A stretch of DNA of 64,000 bases from Candidatus Zambryskibacteria bacterium RIFCSPLOWO2_01_FULL_35_19 (GCA_001825335.1 MHWA01000004.1:35341-99340); one strand, 5' to 3'. Shown: positions 38,423-49,327, counted from the stretch's first letter. Numbers and translations are program-made. The notes: generated by a model from the letters alone, not told the origin.

Positions 38423-40018
38423 TTATTGACGGGTCACACCAAAATTACTTTTAGGAATCTCGTATTTTTTGATTATTTCAGCGTTTTGAGTGTTACGTTT
38501 CAAAAAAATTATATTATACTCATCGGCAAAGACTGGTGCCCAAGCAAAGTCAGACACTTCTTGGATAAGGAAATTCTGACCCCAAGGAGTAAGGTCCAGA
38601 TGAGAGAAAAATATGCTGTTAAAATTGTATTTTTGGTCAAGCTTTAGCCATTCTTCTCTTTTTTCTTGAGCCGGCACATAAATTTTTTGGAAAAAATCAA
38701 CACTATATGCCTCCGGCCTATTATCTACAAAAACTTTTTCTTCGGGAAACAGGTGAAAGATAAGATAACCACCAATGTCATAATTATTAAATATCGGCCC
38801 TTTTATGTTTTGATATTTATAAAATTCCACTGCCGCATTTACTTTAGGCATTAGACCGATGCCAAAGGAGCTTTCTTTTTCTTTTATTCGGGAAAAAGAA
38901 GTGAGAGAAAACCAAACCAGAGTGATAACTAAAAAAGTAATGGATAGATTTTTGCCGATATTGTTTTCATTTTTAGAAAAAAAGAAGCCGATGTTGTATG
39001 CGACAATGGGCAAAAAAAGCAAAGAGAAAATCGGGAAATCGCGCACAGCAAAATACGACCAAACGGAAGTGGCCACAAAAATGATAAGATTTTGGATGGG
39101 AAATTTTCTTAAATCTTTTTTGACAAACAAAGGCAGGGCAAAGCTTAAAAGAGCAAGCGTGTATAAAAATTTTATAAGCCCAAAATGCAAACCGTTAGTG
39201 ATGTTTAAATTTTCCAAAAAACTGATTGACTGATTTTCCAATACTAAATAGCCATAATTTTCAAATATCCTAAAAGGATAGAAAAGTCCCTTTATAAAAA
39301 ACGGGTTTATGAGAGATAGTATGGCCGAGAACAAAGAAATGAGAGTGAGCCATTTGATTCTTTTTATCTTTTTAGTCTTGCAAAAATTTACAAACTCCGA
39401 TATCCAAAAAGAACCAAGCAAAAGAAAACCGAATATGAATCCGACATGCAAGTTTATCCAAAGGAGCATTAAAATCGGTAAAAGGAAAAGATATTTTTTA
39501 TCTCTCAATTTACTTTCTTCTGTAATTTCTTCTTTTGTCCATTTCCAAAGAATATAAAAGAAGCTTGCCAAAAAAAGATATGTAAATACTTCCGGTCTTA
39601 TTTCCGCTCTTTGGGTAATAATGGGCAAAACAAGTATGGACAAAATAGAAGCAACCTCAAGCCCAGCTTCATTTTTTGCAATCCTAAACAAAATATAGAA
39701 AGAGAGACAGCTCAAAAAAATATAAAAAAAAGAGAGACCTTTAAAACCGCCTAAAATAAAGATGAAATAAAATACTACCCCCGAAAGCCAGTGATGATTT
39801 ACAAACGGAAAATTATTTTCTGTAAAAGAATAAAAATTGGTGTTCAAAACCTCCATTTTTTCAGACCAAGAAGTATCAACCATTATTTCTCCATTTTTTA
39901 TATGCCGACCAATGTCAGCTCTAGACAAATTCACCTTCTGCACCAAAAGCAGAGCGCACCATAGCACCAAAATACCTGTCACCACCACTCCAAAAGTTTT
40001 ATAGCTTTTACTTTCCAA
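38423..40018 (-). CDS. Multi-pass membrane protein, GT-C glycosyltransferase-like
   Basis: DIGRHIKNG, RPE, LWINLH, NYDIGGYLI, FVDNR. Confidence 0.65.
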   Translation of the reverse strand: MESKSYKTFGVVVTGILVLWCALLLVQKVNLSRADIGRHIKNGEIMVDTSWSEKMEVLNTNFYSFTENNFPFVNHHWLSGVVFYFIFILGGFKGLSFFYIFLSCLSFYILFRIAKNEAGLEVASILSILVLPIITQRAEIRPEVFTYLFLASFFYILWKWTKEEITEESKLRDKKYLFLLPILMLLWINLHVGFIFGFLLLGSFWISEFVNFCKTKKIKRIKWLTLISLFSAILSLINPFFIKGLFYPFRIFENYGYLVLENQSISFLENLNITNGLHFGLIKFLYTLALLSFALPLFVKKDLRKFPIQNLIIFVATSVWSYFAVRDFPIFSLLFLPIVAYNIGFFFSKNENNIGKNLSITFLVITLVWFSLTSFSRIKEKESSFGIGLMPKVNAAVEFYKYQNIKGPIFNNYDIGGYLIFHLFPEEKVFVDNRPEAYSVDFFQKIYVPAQEKREEWLKLDQKYNFNSIFFSHLDLTPWGQNFLIQEVSDFAWAPVFADEYNIIFLKRNTQNAEIIKKYEIPKSNFGVTRQ

Positions 40019-40104
40019 GTTATAAAAAATTGTAACATAAGTGATTCAATAATGAATTACTTAATTTCCTTTTTAAGGTAAAAAGGGTTAGAAGATTAGA
40101 AAAA

Positions 40105-42258
40105 TTATTTTCGTGCTTCAACAATAGCCAAAGCAACATTGGCAGGCACAATAGCATAATGATCAAATTCTATGTTGGCAGAACCACGGCCTTCGGTCAT
40201 TGAACGGAGGGTAGTAACATAACCAAAAAGTTCTGATAGAGGCACTTTGGCTCGCACCACTTTTAATCCTGCCCTATCGTCCATACCTTCAATCAGACCG
40301 CGTTTAGAAGAAAGATTGCCAGTGATATCACCCATAAACTGCTCCGGCACCACCACTTCCAATTTCATAATTGGCTCAAGGATAACGGGTCTAGCTTTTT
40401 TAGCGGCTTCTTGAAAAGCTTGAGAAGCGGCTATTTTATAAGCGATTTCAGATGAATCAACATCATGATAAGAGCCAAAAGTAAGTTCACAAGAAATATC
40501 GGTCAATCTATAACCAGCCACAATACCTCTCTCCATCGCCTCTTTCACTCCTTTTTCAACTGCAGGGATAAATTCAGAAGGAATAACACCACCTTTGATA
40601 GAATCAATAAATTCAAACCCTTCACTACGATGAACATTTTTTTGTTTCTTTTTACTTTCATCTTCTGGCTCTAATGGTTTGATATTTAGTTTGACATGAC
40701 CATATTGACCCTTACCTCCAGTTTGTTTTATATATTTTGTTTCAGCTTCAGCTGTGCCGGTAATAGTCTCTTTATAAGAAACTTGCGGAGCTCCTACATT
40801 GGCCTCAACATTAAACTCTCTTTTCATTCGGTCAACAATAATATCTAGATGCAATTCACCCATACCAGAAATCACGGTTTCTCCAGTATCAATATCAGAT
40901 TTGATTCTAAAAGTCGGGTCTTCATCTGAAAGTCTTTTCAAAGCCATACCCATTTTTTCTTGGTCAGCTTTTGTTTTTGGTTCTATACGAAGAGAAATAA
41001 CTGGTTCAGGAAAAACAATTTCTTCTAAGATTATAGGATTGTTTTCATCACAAAAAGTATGGGAAGTTTTTGCATTTTTAAGTCCCACCGCTGCAGCAAT
41101 TTCTCCTGTAAAGACTTTTTTGACTTCTTCTCTTTGGTCGGCTTGCAAACGGACGATACGTCCAAGTCTTTCTTTTTCTCCAGTAGTAGCATTATAAATG
41201 TAAGAGCCAGATTCAATAGTCCCAGAATAAACTCTAAAAAATGTAAGTTGTCCCACAAATGGATCTACTTGAAGTTTAAAAGCAAGAGCCGCAAAAGGTT
41301 CATCGTCACTAGGATGGCGCTCTATTTCTTCTTCAGTTTTTGGGTCAATCCCCTTGATGGCTGGCATATCCAAAGGAGAGGGCAAAAAATCAACTACCGC
41401 ATCTAAAATTAACTGCACTCCTTTGTTTTTCAAAGCAGAACCGCAGAAAACCGGGAAAATTTTGTTAGCTATGACCGCCTCACGAAGGATTTTGATTAAA
41501 TCTTCTGGAGCAATTTCTTCTCCAGCAAGATATTTATTCATCATTTCCTCATCATTTTCTACAATTTTTTCTATCAGTTCACCTCTATATTTTTCCGCCT
41601 CTGCCTTTAAATGCTCTGGAATGTCTATTTCAATAACATCACTACCGAGTTGGCCTTCATATTTATATGCTTTCATTTTAAGCAAATCAATTTGTCCTTC
41701 GTGTTTATCTTCTTCCCCTATTGGAATTTGCATCCTAACAGCTTTTTTAGAAAGTCTATCTAAAATTGATTTAAATGATTTTTCAAAATTGGCTCCGGTT
41801 CTGTCTAATTTATTTATAAAACAAAGACGAGGCACAAGAGCTTCTTCGGCATATCGCCAATTAGTCTCTGATTGAGGTTCTACTCCAGCCACCCCATCAA
41901 ATACACAGACAGCCCCATCAAGAACGCGCATAGACCTTTTTACTTCCACTGTAAAATCAATGTGCCCCGGAGTATCTATAATATTGAAACGATATTTTTT
42001 ATCTTTATTTTTCTTATCTTCATTTGAAAAATATGTTGGAGCCCAAAAACAAGTAACCGCAGCCGCGGTGATGGTAATACCTCTCTCTCTTTCTTGTTCC
42101 ATCCAGTCAGTAGTGGTCTCTCCCTCGTGCACTTCACCTATTTTGTGCTGACTACCAGTGTAAAACAAAATACGCTCGGAGACAGTAGTCTTGCCGGCAT
42201 CAATGTGGGCTATGATTCCAAAGTTTCTTACTTTATCTAATGGATAGTCTCTTTGCAT
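40105..42258 (-). CDS. fusA: Elongation factor G
   Basis: AHIDAGKTT, RGITI, DTPGH, NKLD, GMGELHL. Confidence 0.98.
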   Translation of the reverse strand: MQRDYPLDKVRNFGIIAHIDAGKTTVSERILFYTGSQHKIGEVHEGETTTDWMEQERERGITITAAAVTCFWAPTYFSNEDKKNKDKKYRFNIIDTPGHIDFTVEVKRSMRVLDGAVCVFDGVAGVEPQSETNWRYAEEALVPRLCFINKLDRTGANFEKSFKSILDRLSKKAVRMQIPIGEEDKHEGQIDLLKMKAYKYEGQLGSDVIEIDIPEHLKAEAEKYRGELIEKIVENDEEMMNKYLAGEEIAPEDLIKILREAVIANKIFPVFCGSALKNKGVQLILDAVVDFLPSPLDMPAIKGIDPKTEEEIERHPSDDEPFAALAFKLQVDPFVGQLTFFRVYSGTIESGSYIYNATTGEKERLGRIVRLQADQREEVKKVFTGEIAAAVGLKNAKTSHTFCDENNPIILEEIVFPEPVISLRIEPKTKADQEKMGMALKRLSDEDPTFRIKSDIDTGETVISGMGELHLDIIVDRMKREFNVEANVGAPQVSYKETITGTAEAETKYIKQTGGKGQYGHVKLNIKPLEPEDESKKKQKNVHRSEGFEFIDSIKGGVIPSEFIPAVEKGVKEAMERGIVAGYRLTDISCELTFGSYHDVDSSEIAYKIAASQAFQEAAKKARPVILEPIMKLEVVVPEQFMGDITGNLSSKRGLIEGMDDRAGLKVVRAKVPLSELFGYVTTLRSMTEGRGSANIEFDHYAIVPANVALAIVEARK

Positions 42259-42376
42259 AAAAAAAATTAATCAAATAAAAATTCCGTCAGGAACAGTAAA
42301 AATATACACTAGAAGCTATAAAATTGCAAAACTAAATAAAGCTTGACAAAAAATGAGGAATAAGTAGTATAAAAAT

Positions 42377-42562
42377 GTTCCTTGAGGGAAATTGGTAGGA
42401 TGTGTCTTCCGGGATAACGACACGCAAAATCATGAGCTAAGAGTTTCCCCTATAAGGGAGAAGAAAATCCTGACTCATCTCATGACAAGACCGAGACCTC
42501 GTCGATAGGAACACCCGCCGTAGTCTACTCCAAACGAGGGGCTACGGCGGTTTATTTTTTTT
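42377..42562 (+). ncRNA. Unclassified structured small RNA with its own promoter and terminator
   Basis: TTGACA/TAGTAT upstream; ends GTTCCT/AGGAAC pair; inner stems; terminator ccgccgtag/ctacggcgg + T run. Confidence 0.6.
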
Positions 42563-42617
42563 CGATCTCTCAAATACACAAAATATATACGATCATGAAT
42601 ATATTGTGTATCTAATA

Positions 42618-43181
42618 TTATTTTTTATTAAGCCCAAAATATTTTTTAACTTCTTCATCATTTTCGAGTGCCTCTACAATCATATATAAAAGGTTTCCCT
42701 CTACTTCAGTTTCAGCTTTTAAAAGAGCTATTATTTTTTCACAATCATAGGGATAAACCCAGACACTATCTTGTAATCTCATAAATCCAATCGAAATAAG
42801 GGCTCGTCGGATATTATCCCTATCAAATCTTCTATTCTCTGGTATATCAAATATCAAAGCCCGCCATTTACCATCCCATTTTTTATTTTTGTTTAATTCT
42901 TTATTGTCCCCCAAAGATAAGCACTTAAACAAATATCTTTTTCCTTCTTGTGTTATTTTTAATTGATCATTTTTATTCTCAAGTAATCCTTTCTTAATTA
43001 AATTGTCTCTAGACCTTTTGATTGACTCGATTTGTCTAGGATGTGTAATAAAACCCATTCTCTTCATCGTTTGTAAAACGTTTGGAGCAAAGGTAGCAAC
43101 TCCAATAAGGCCTGCTAATTTGACAGATTCCAAAATAATTTTCTGAATATTTGCTTTTTTAACTTTTCTCTCCAGACTCAT
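42618..43181 (-). CDS. PaaX-like regulator (wHTH + Cas2-like ferredoxin domain)
   Basis: WDGKWRALIFDIPE...GFMRLQDSVWVYPYDC. Confidence 0.8.
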   Translation of the reverse strand: MSLERKVKKANIQKIILESVKLAGLIGVATFAPNVLQTMKRMGFITHPRQIESIKRSRDNLIKKGLLENKNDQLKITQEGKRYLFKCLSLGDNKELNKNKKWDGKWRALIFDIPENRRFDRDNIRRALISIGFMRLQDSVWVYPYDCEKIIALLKAETEVEGNLLYMIVEALENDEEVKKYFGLNKK

Positions 43182-43297
43182 TGTCTATATTATAATACAC
43201 ACATTACTCACGGTCGTATATAATCTGTGTATTACTCAGAAATAAAAAACTACTTTTAAAGTAGGTTTTTATTTAAATTTTGGTATCTTATGTAAAA

Positions 43298-43768
43298 CTA
43301 CCAAGCAAAGTGAGCAAAGGCTTTGTTGGCTTCGGCCATCTTGTGGACGTTTTCACGTTTTTTGACAGCATCACCTTCATTTTTGGAAGCGAGAATAATT
43401 TCCTCTGAAAGTTTTTCAGCCATTGGTTTACCTTTTTTAGCTTTAGCTGAACCAATAATCCACTTCATAGAAAGATAAATCCTTCTATCTGGCCTAACTT
43501 CTACTGGCACCTGATAGTTGGCACCACCAACTCTACGAGAACGAACCTCCATAGTTGGGCCGGTGTTTTTAAGAGCTGTATCAAATATTTCCATTGGACT
43601 CTCTACTTTGGCTTTTTCTTTTATCAAATCAAAAGCAGTATAAACTATTTTTCTAGCCGTATTTTTTTTGCCTTCATTCATCACATAATTAATAAACTTC
43701 TCTACTTTTTGAGAATTAAAGATTATGTCTGGTTTAGGTATATTTCTATTTTTAACACTGCCTCTCAT
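43298..43768 (-). CDS. rpsG: 30S ribosomal protein S7
   Basis: [28 protein letters not shown]. Confidence 0.98.
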   Translation of the reverse strand: MRGSVKNRNIPKPDIIFNSQKVEKFINYVMNEGKKNTARKIVYTAFDLIKEKAKVESPMEIFDTALKNTGPTMEVRSRRVGGANYQVPVEVRPDRRIYLSMKWIIGSAKAKKGKPMAEKLSEEIILASKNEGDAVKKRENVHKMAEANKAFAHFAW

Positions 43769-43776
43769 AATATATT

Positions 43777-44193
43777 TTATTTATTATTTTTAGGTTTTTT
43801 AACACCATAACTTGATCTAGAAGACATTCTTTTTTCTACTCCGCTAGCATCAAGTCTTCCTCTGACTATGGTATAACGTACCCCAATATCTTTTACTCTA
43901 CCACCACGAATCATAACTACAGAGTGCTCTTGCAAATTGTGTCCCATACCTGGGATATAAGCTGTCTCTTCTTTACCGTTGGTTAGACGAACTCTAGCAA
44001 TCTTTCTAATAGCAGAGTTTGGTTTTCTTGGGGTTTTAGTTGTCACTTTGACACAAACACCTCGCTTAAAAGGAGATGGGTAATAAACTGGCTTGTTTTT
44101 AATAGTATTAAAACCACGTGCCAAAGCCACCGTCTTGGATTTTCGGTGAACCACTTTCCTTTTTTTCTTTATTAACTGATTGATAGTGGACAT
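43777..44193 (-). CDS. rpsL: 30S ribosomal protein S12
   Basis: [25 protein letters not shown]. Confidence 0.98.
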   Translation of the reverse strand: MSTINQLIKKKRKVVHRKSKTVALARGFNTIKNKPVYYPSPFKRGVCVKVTTKTPRKPNSAIRKIARVRLTNGKEETAYIPGMGHNLQEHSVVMIRGGRVKDIGVRYTIVRGRLDASGVEKRMSSRSSYGVKKPKNNK

Positions 44194-44247
44194 TTTCGTA
44201 ATTAAAAACCGCTAAAGCGGACGTATACTAATCTAATATAAAACAGA

Positions 44248-44859
44248 TTAAAAAGCAATGCCTGTAAGAAGAGTAAATATGAAGCCGATAATATGACTCA
44301 TAATCTGCCAAATAAATAAGATAAAGATAAAAACTAAAATAAGTCCGAATCTCTCAAAAGACTGACGCAGAGTTTGCCATTTATAAGGTAAAAAGGCAAA
44401 AAGTATTTTAGAGCCATCAAGAGGTGGTATAGGGATAAGATTAAATATAGCTAAAATAATATTAATAAGCACTACAGAACTAGCAAGATTCAAAAAAGAT
44501 TGACTGATATTTATATATTCAGGCAAAAATCTTATAGTCAAACCAAATAAAATAGCTAAAGCAATATTTGAAATGGGTCCAGCTACCGCAACCAAAGCTT
44601 CTCCCCATCTTTGATTACGCAGATTGTAAGGATTAAAAGGAACCGGTTTAGCCCAACCAACAATAAAACCTCCTGCAAAATAACCAATCAAAGGCACAAA
44701 AAAAGAACCAATCGGATCAAGGTGAGATATCGGATTTAGAGTCAACCTTCCTTGATATTTAGCAGTAGGGTCTCCTAGAGCCAAAGCAGCATACCCGTGA
44801 GAAACCTCGTGTATCACGACCGACATTATTAAAATGATAATTATAAATATAAAATCCAT
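44248..44859 (-). CDS. Site-2 protease (M50)
   Basis: HEVSH, AGP, NLIPIPPLDG. Confidence 0.92.
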   Translation of the reverse strand: MDFIFIIIILIMSVVIHEVSHGYAALALGDPTAKYQGRLTLNPISHLDPIGSFFVPLIGYFAGGFIVGWAKPVPFNPYNLRNQRWGEALVAVAGPISNIALAILFGLTIRFLPEYINISQSFLNLASSVVLINIILAIFNLIPIPPLDGSKILFAFLPYKWQTLRQSFERFGLILVFIFILFIWQIMSHIIGFIFTLLTGIAF

Positions 44860-44937
44860 TTCACTATTTTAACATATTTATGATGGATACATAAGACTAT
44901 TTGCTTAATAATTTTAATATGATAACATTTAAAACCT

Positions 44938-45180
44938 ATGGCAAAAGAATGCGCAATAACAGGAAAATCATCACAAATGGGCGGTTCCTATTCAAACAGG
45001 ACTCGTGCTACTCAATTCAACCCTTGTGGCAATACAAGGAAATTTGCCAATTTACAGAAAAAGAAGATTTTTGTGCCAGAATTAGACAAAACTTTCACCC
45101 TTACTCTTTCCACTAAAGCTATCAAAACCATCCAAAAAAACGGCGCCTACGCCACTTTAAAAAAAGCCGGTTTGATTTAA
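44938..45180 (+). CDS. rpmB: 50S ribosomal protein L28
   Basis: MAKECAITGK...RKFANLQKK...STKAIKTI. Confidence 0.9.
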   Translation: MAKECAITGKSSQMGGSYSNRTRATQFNPCGNTRKFANLQKKKIFVPELDKTFTLTLSTKAIKTIQKNGAYATLKKAGLI

Positions 45181-45236
45181 AAAACCTAAAATAGTTCTTG
45201 AGTGAGATTCCGAAACAATCTATTTTAGGTTTTTTA

Positions 45237-46121
45237 TTATTTAATTTTCAAACTTTCCCCATCACTCTCAAACACAATTCTTCCATCTTTATCAGTCCTC
45301 AATATTTCAGCTCCAAAATTGTTTAAAATATCCAAAACTTCTTGGCTTGGATGGCCATAGCGATTATCTTTACCCGCTGAAATAACTACATATTCAGGAG
45401 AAACTGCCGTGACAAAATCCGGACTGGTGGAAGTTTTGGAACCATGGTGCCCAGCTTTTAAGACATCACTTTCTAATCCACCCAAAGAAATAAGATAATT
45501 TTCGATTGATTTTGGTGAATCACCAGTAAATAAAAATTCATTTTCCCCATAAACTAACCTCGCTATAATAGAAGAGGTATTAGTTTCCATTCCTGCTGGA
45601 TCTCGGTCTGGAAAAAGAATTTGCAAAACAACCCCATCGCCTAAATCAACTACCATTCCTCTCCTAACCAATATTTTTTTCAAGGGTTCCCCTTTAAAAT
45701 TTCCTAAGGGGACCCCTTGGGATTTTTCTTCAACAATTTTTTCAAGTTCCTTATAAGAAGATGACTCACCAGAAACTCCTGTCTCCATAAAAATATCTAC
45801 TTTATATTTTTGCAAAACATCAGGTATTCCGCCGATATGATCTTGGTCAGCGTGAGTTGCTAAAACCACATCAATAGAACGGTCATAAAAAGGCATTACT
45901 TTACTAAGTTCTCTAAGAACTGATTTGTTTGGGCCACCATCTATAAGTATTTGGCTACCAGAGGGGGCTTCAATAAAAATAGCGTCGCCTTGACCGATAT
46001 TTAAAAAAGCGACAGTCAAAATACCTCTCCTTTCTTCTTTAAAAGCAACATAAATAGAGAAAATGGTTATAAAAAATAAAGTCAGAAAAATAATAAGTTT
46101 AAAAATTGATTTTCTTTCCAT
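45237..46121 (-). CDS. ComEC/Rec2-type metallo-beta-lactamase domain protein
   Basis: IGQGDA, THADQDHIGG, FTGD, KAGHHGS, NRYGHP. Confidence 0.9.
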   Translation of the reverse strand: MERKSIFKLIIFLTLFFITIFSIYVAFKEERRGILTVAFLNIGQGDAIFIEAPSGSQILIDGGPNKSVLRELSKVMPFYDRSIDVVLATHADQDHIGGIPDVLQKYKVDIFMETGVSGESSSYKELEKIVEEKSQGVPLGNFKGEPLKKILVRRGMVVDLGDGVVLQILFPDRDPAGMETNTSSIIARLVYGENEFLFTGDSPKSIENYLISLGGLESDVLKAGHHGSKTSTSPDFVTAVSPEYVVISAGKDNRYGHPSQEVLDILNNFGAEILRTDKDGRIVFESDGESLKIK

Positions 46122-46198
46122 CCTTTAATGCTAACATTTTTAAAAAAGAGAAGCCCCGCCTCGGCTTAACCGGGCGGGGAGTGAATCGGGTTTTTACT

Positions 46199-46396
46199 TT
46201 AGGAAGACAGAGTCTTTTCAATTTCAACATCCCGCCTAAGAATATGAGCGACATCTTCCAGTAGGGCCGCAATCCTCAGTCTGGTTGTGTTGTGTTCTCC
46301 AGTAAAAAGCTTCAACACTATTTTTCTGGCTTCTTCTGCCTTCTTGTTTTCTTCGCTAAAAGCCTCTTCCGTCAATCTGTAAGGCGATACACACAT
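46199..46396 (-). CDS. Small hypothetical protein
   Basis: AGGAG SD, ATG, downstream GC-rich hairpin terminator. Confidence 0.5.
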   Translation of the reverse strand: MCVSPYRLTEEAFSEENKKAEEARKIVLKLFTGEHNTTRLRIAALLEDVAHILRRDVEIEKTLSS

Positions 46397-46446
46397 AAAG
46401 ATCTCCTTCTATGCTAAAATTATCTTTATTATCTAATAAAGTCAAT

Positions 46447-47046
46447 ATGCAAAAATTTGAAATAAAAGAGTTTAATATTCCAAAATTAAAGGGTATCTCC
46501 GATAAAAACATTGAAGAGCATTTGAAGCTTTATCAAGGTTACGCAAAAAACGCAAATTTAATCTTAGAACACATAGAAGAATTTGCTAAAGATACAGAAA
46601 AATATGCCTATGAGCTCGGCGAAATCCAGAGAAGATTTTCTTTTGAGTTTAATGGTATGAGAAATCATGAGTATTATTTTGCAAGTTTTGAAGATGGCCC
46701 AAAAAATTTAGAGGAAGGAAGTAAATTCAAAAAAGCTATTACAGAAGAGTTTGGTGATTTTGATAAATGGCTTCAAAGATTTAAAGCTATCGCTCTGACT
46801 CGCGGTATTGGCTGGGCAATGCTTTATTGGGATCCAATAACAAAAACTTTGCTAACTCAATGGGTAGACGAACAACATTTGGGACAACTCAATGGTTGCC
46901 AAACTATTTTATCCTTAGATATGTGGGAACATGCTTTCGTCGCAGACTATGAACCCTCCGGTAAAAAACAATACATTGAAGACTTTTTTGAAAATCTAAA
47001 TTGGAAAAAAATTGAGAACAATTTTTTGGTAGCTAGTAGTCAGTAG
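46447..47046 (+). CDS. Fe/Mn superoxide dismutase
   Basis: HLKLYQGY, NHEYYF, DMWEHAF. Confidence 0.92.
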   Translation: MQKFEIKEFNIPKLKGISDKNIEEHLKLYQGYAKNANLILEHIEEFAKDTEKYAYELGEIQRRFSFEFNGMRNHEYYFASFEDGPKNLEEGSKFKKAITEEFGDFDKWLQRFKAIALTRGIGWAMLYWDPITKTLLTQWVDEQHLGQLNGCQTILSLDMWEHAFVADYEPSGKKQYIEDFFENLNWKKIENNFLVASSQ

Positions 47047-47115
47047 CCAGCATCTAGGAAAAATTAAAAATATCAAATCAAAATGTAGCGATGCATCGCT
47101 ACAAATATAAAATTA

Positions 47116-48735
47116 TTATGAAAATTTCCTCTCTTTTAATTTTCTATACAAAACTCCATAACCCAAATACCAAACAAGAATAAACCAAAATGAAATAGAA
47201 CCAGTTTGTAAAATAGCAAAAGGAAGATTTGCTCCAAACTCGGTGACACCGATTATTATTTGAGAAATAAAATAAGAAAGCACTCCAACCGGCCAAGAAA
47301 CAATTTGTCCAACGAAAGGCAAGATGCCCAAAGCACCAGTGAGAGCACCAAATGCCATCGCCCAAGGAACTAAAGGTAAGACCAACGGATTGGCTATAAA
47401 AGAAACTATAGAAACAAAGCCAGACATCCTAATAAGTAGTGGTAATACAAAAAACTGGACAGCAATAGTAGCAGAGACTATCTCTCGCAAACCAAATTTT
47501 TCGGGAACAAAATTTAATTTTGAAAAAACAAAAGGTGAAAATAAAATAAGACCAAAAGTTGCCATAAAAGAAAGCTGAAAAGACGGATCATAAAAAAGTA
47601 AAAGAGGATTCCAAAGTAACATCAAAAACCCAGCAATAAAAAGAAATCGTAAAGCATCACTTGGCCGACCTAAAAATCTAGCGAGGATAGCAATGAGAGC
47701 CATAATACTTGCTCTTATAACTGTAGCTCCCAAACCAACCATAATAGAAAACAAAATAATAAAAATGGCGCTTAATATAAAACTAAGATTTCTCTTACCT
47801 AAAAAAGAGGTCAGATAAAAAATACCAATAGCGATGATGGTAATATTGTATCCAGACAAAACAACAATGTGAATGAGCCCCACTTTTCTAAAATCATCTA
47901 AAAGCTCTGCACCTAAAGATTGCTTCACTCCAAAAATAAGTCCACCTAAAAGCGACGAGTTTGGTTCAGGTACTACAGCGCTAATTTTTTCTATAAAAAT
48001 TTTTTTTAGCAAGTAGAGTGTCGCGACTATTTTTCTTGCCCCGCGAAGTTCTGTGGAACTGGACGAAGTGGGGTATAATTCTGGCCGATAAATAATAAAA
48101 TGTATTTTGTCTTTTGATAAATATGAAATGTAATCAAATTCTGTTCCACTCTCACTTAAAAAATTTTTAGGCAACTCTAATTTTCCAGAAACGCTTATCT
48201 TATCTCCATACTCAAGCTCGGGGAAGCGATCCGCGACCAACAAAATGAGTGAATTTGAATTCTTATTCGGGAGATCCTCTGTAATGCACGGATAAAATTC
48301 TGCTGAATTTTTCCTCGTGCTCGCTCCGTCGAGCCTCGCAAGGCATTCCAGAGAATCTCCACTCAACGAATTCAAATTAACTGAAACGATGTAACGGGTA
48401 GAGGCATCTCGAATATCAGCTTCTTCAGATACGACAGCTTCAAAAGAAATTTTTTGTCCAACATGCTCGAGCAGATTAGAGTCTGGAGAAATATCTACCA
48501 CCGCCATTCTCAAAGTTCCCAAACAAAAAGCCAGACCGATTATTAAAAATAATCTTGAGATATTTAAGGGCAACCCTTCCGAAACAATCCTCAAGGGTTG
48601 CCCTTGAGAACGAAAAGAAAAAACAAACAAAACCAAAGAAACTACAAAAACCAAAACTCCCGCGCTCCAACCCAAACCAAAAATTTCTTCAAAGGCGATC
48701 CCTAATGCAAATGAAACGACTGATGGATATATCAT
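47116..48735 (-). CDS. comEC: ComEC competence channel (OB + Competence domains)
   Basis: GLIHIVVLSGYN, RASIM, SFQLSF. Confidence 0.9.
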   Translation of the reverse strand: MIYPSVVSFALGIAFEEIFGLGWSAGVLVFVVSLVLFVFSFRSQGQPLRIVSEGLPLNISRLFLIIGLAFCLGTLRMAVVDISPDSNLLEHVGQKISFEAVVSEEADIRDASTRYIVSVNLNSLSGDSLECLARLDGASTRKNSAEFYPCITEDLPNKNSNSLILLVADRFPELEYGDKISVSGKLELPKNFLSESGTEFDYISYLSKDKIHFIIYRPELYPTSSSSTELRGARKIVATLYLLKKIFIEKISAVVPEPNSSLLGGLIFGVKQSLGAELLDDFRKVGLIHIVVLSGYNITIIAIGIFYLTSFLGKRNLSFILSAIFIILFSIMVGLGATVIRASIMALIAILARFLGRPSDALRFLFIAGFLMLLWNPLLLFYDPSFQLSFMATFGLILFSPFVFSKLNFVPEKFGLREIVSATIAVQFFVLPLLIRMSGFVSIVSFIANPLVLPLVPWAMAFGALTGALGILPFVGQIVSWPVGVLSYFISQIIIGVTEFGANLPFAILQTGSISFWFILVWYLGYGVLYRKLKERKFS

Positions 48736-48736
48736 A

Positions 48737-48816
48737 AATAAAAAAGAAATAATATTGTTTTGGAGAGCATTGACCCTTATGACCTAACGAGAAAACAGTA
48801 TTATTTCTTTTTTATT
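48737..48816 (+). repeat. Conserved-loop/variable-stem motif, copy 1
   Basis: 25-bp stem around gagagcattgacccttatgacctaacg. Confidence 0.8.
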
Positions 48817-49297
48817 CTTGGTGAAACGCTTTATAATCTAACAGATTTCCTTCAAACAGTTTCATCTGCTTTCCGTTAGCAAGACTTTGAGCTATCTCAT
48901 CACATCTCTCATTTAAAGTATGACCAGAATGTCCCAAGACTTTTTTCCATTCTACTTTTCTTTTTTCTGTTTCTCGCCAAAGCTCTTGCCACAAATCTTT
49001 ATTCAAAACTTCTTTTTTATCTTTAGTGCGCCAATTATTTTTCTGCCAACCTAAAATCCAAATAGTAATACCCTTCATCAAATATTCTGAATCAGTGTGT
49101 AATTTTGCTTCTGCTCCTTCCGGCAAAATTTTTAGAGCTTCAATAGCAGCTCTCATTTCCATCCGATTGTTGGTAGTATTTTCTTCATTACCTCCAATCT
49201 CTAAAACTTTTTCTTCATCAAAAATAATCGCGCCCCACCCTCCCTGTCCCGGATTTCCTTTTGATGACCCATCTGTATAAATTTCTACAAAACTCAT
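48812..49297 (-). CDS. rnhA: Ribonuclease HI
   Basis: YTDGS..GNPG, TNNRME, TDSEY, NERCD. Confidence 0.95.
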   Translation of the reverse strand: MSFVEIYTDGSSKGNPGQGGWGAIIFDEEKVLEIGGNEENTTNNRMEMRAAIEALKILPEGAEAKLHTDSEYLMKGITIWILGWQKNNWRTKDKKEVLNKDLWQELWRETEKRKVEWKKVLGHSGHTLNERCDEIAQSLANGKQMKLFEGNLLDYKAFHQE

Positions 49298-49327
49298 AAA
49301 ATAATTTTAGCATAAATAATTCATCTT

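Noticed and set aside
22703-42451. Shared 14-mer TAAGAGTTTCCCCT in two structured intergenic regions
   Set aside because: A few exact matches of this length are expected by chance in 64 kb, and the flanks do not align
42618-43181. cas2 call
   Set aside because: The N-terminal wHTH and WDGKW motif fit the PaaX-like family; no cas1 or array is present
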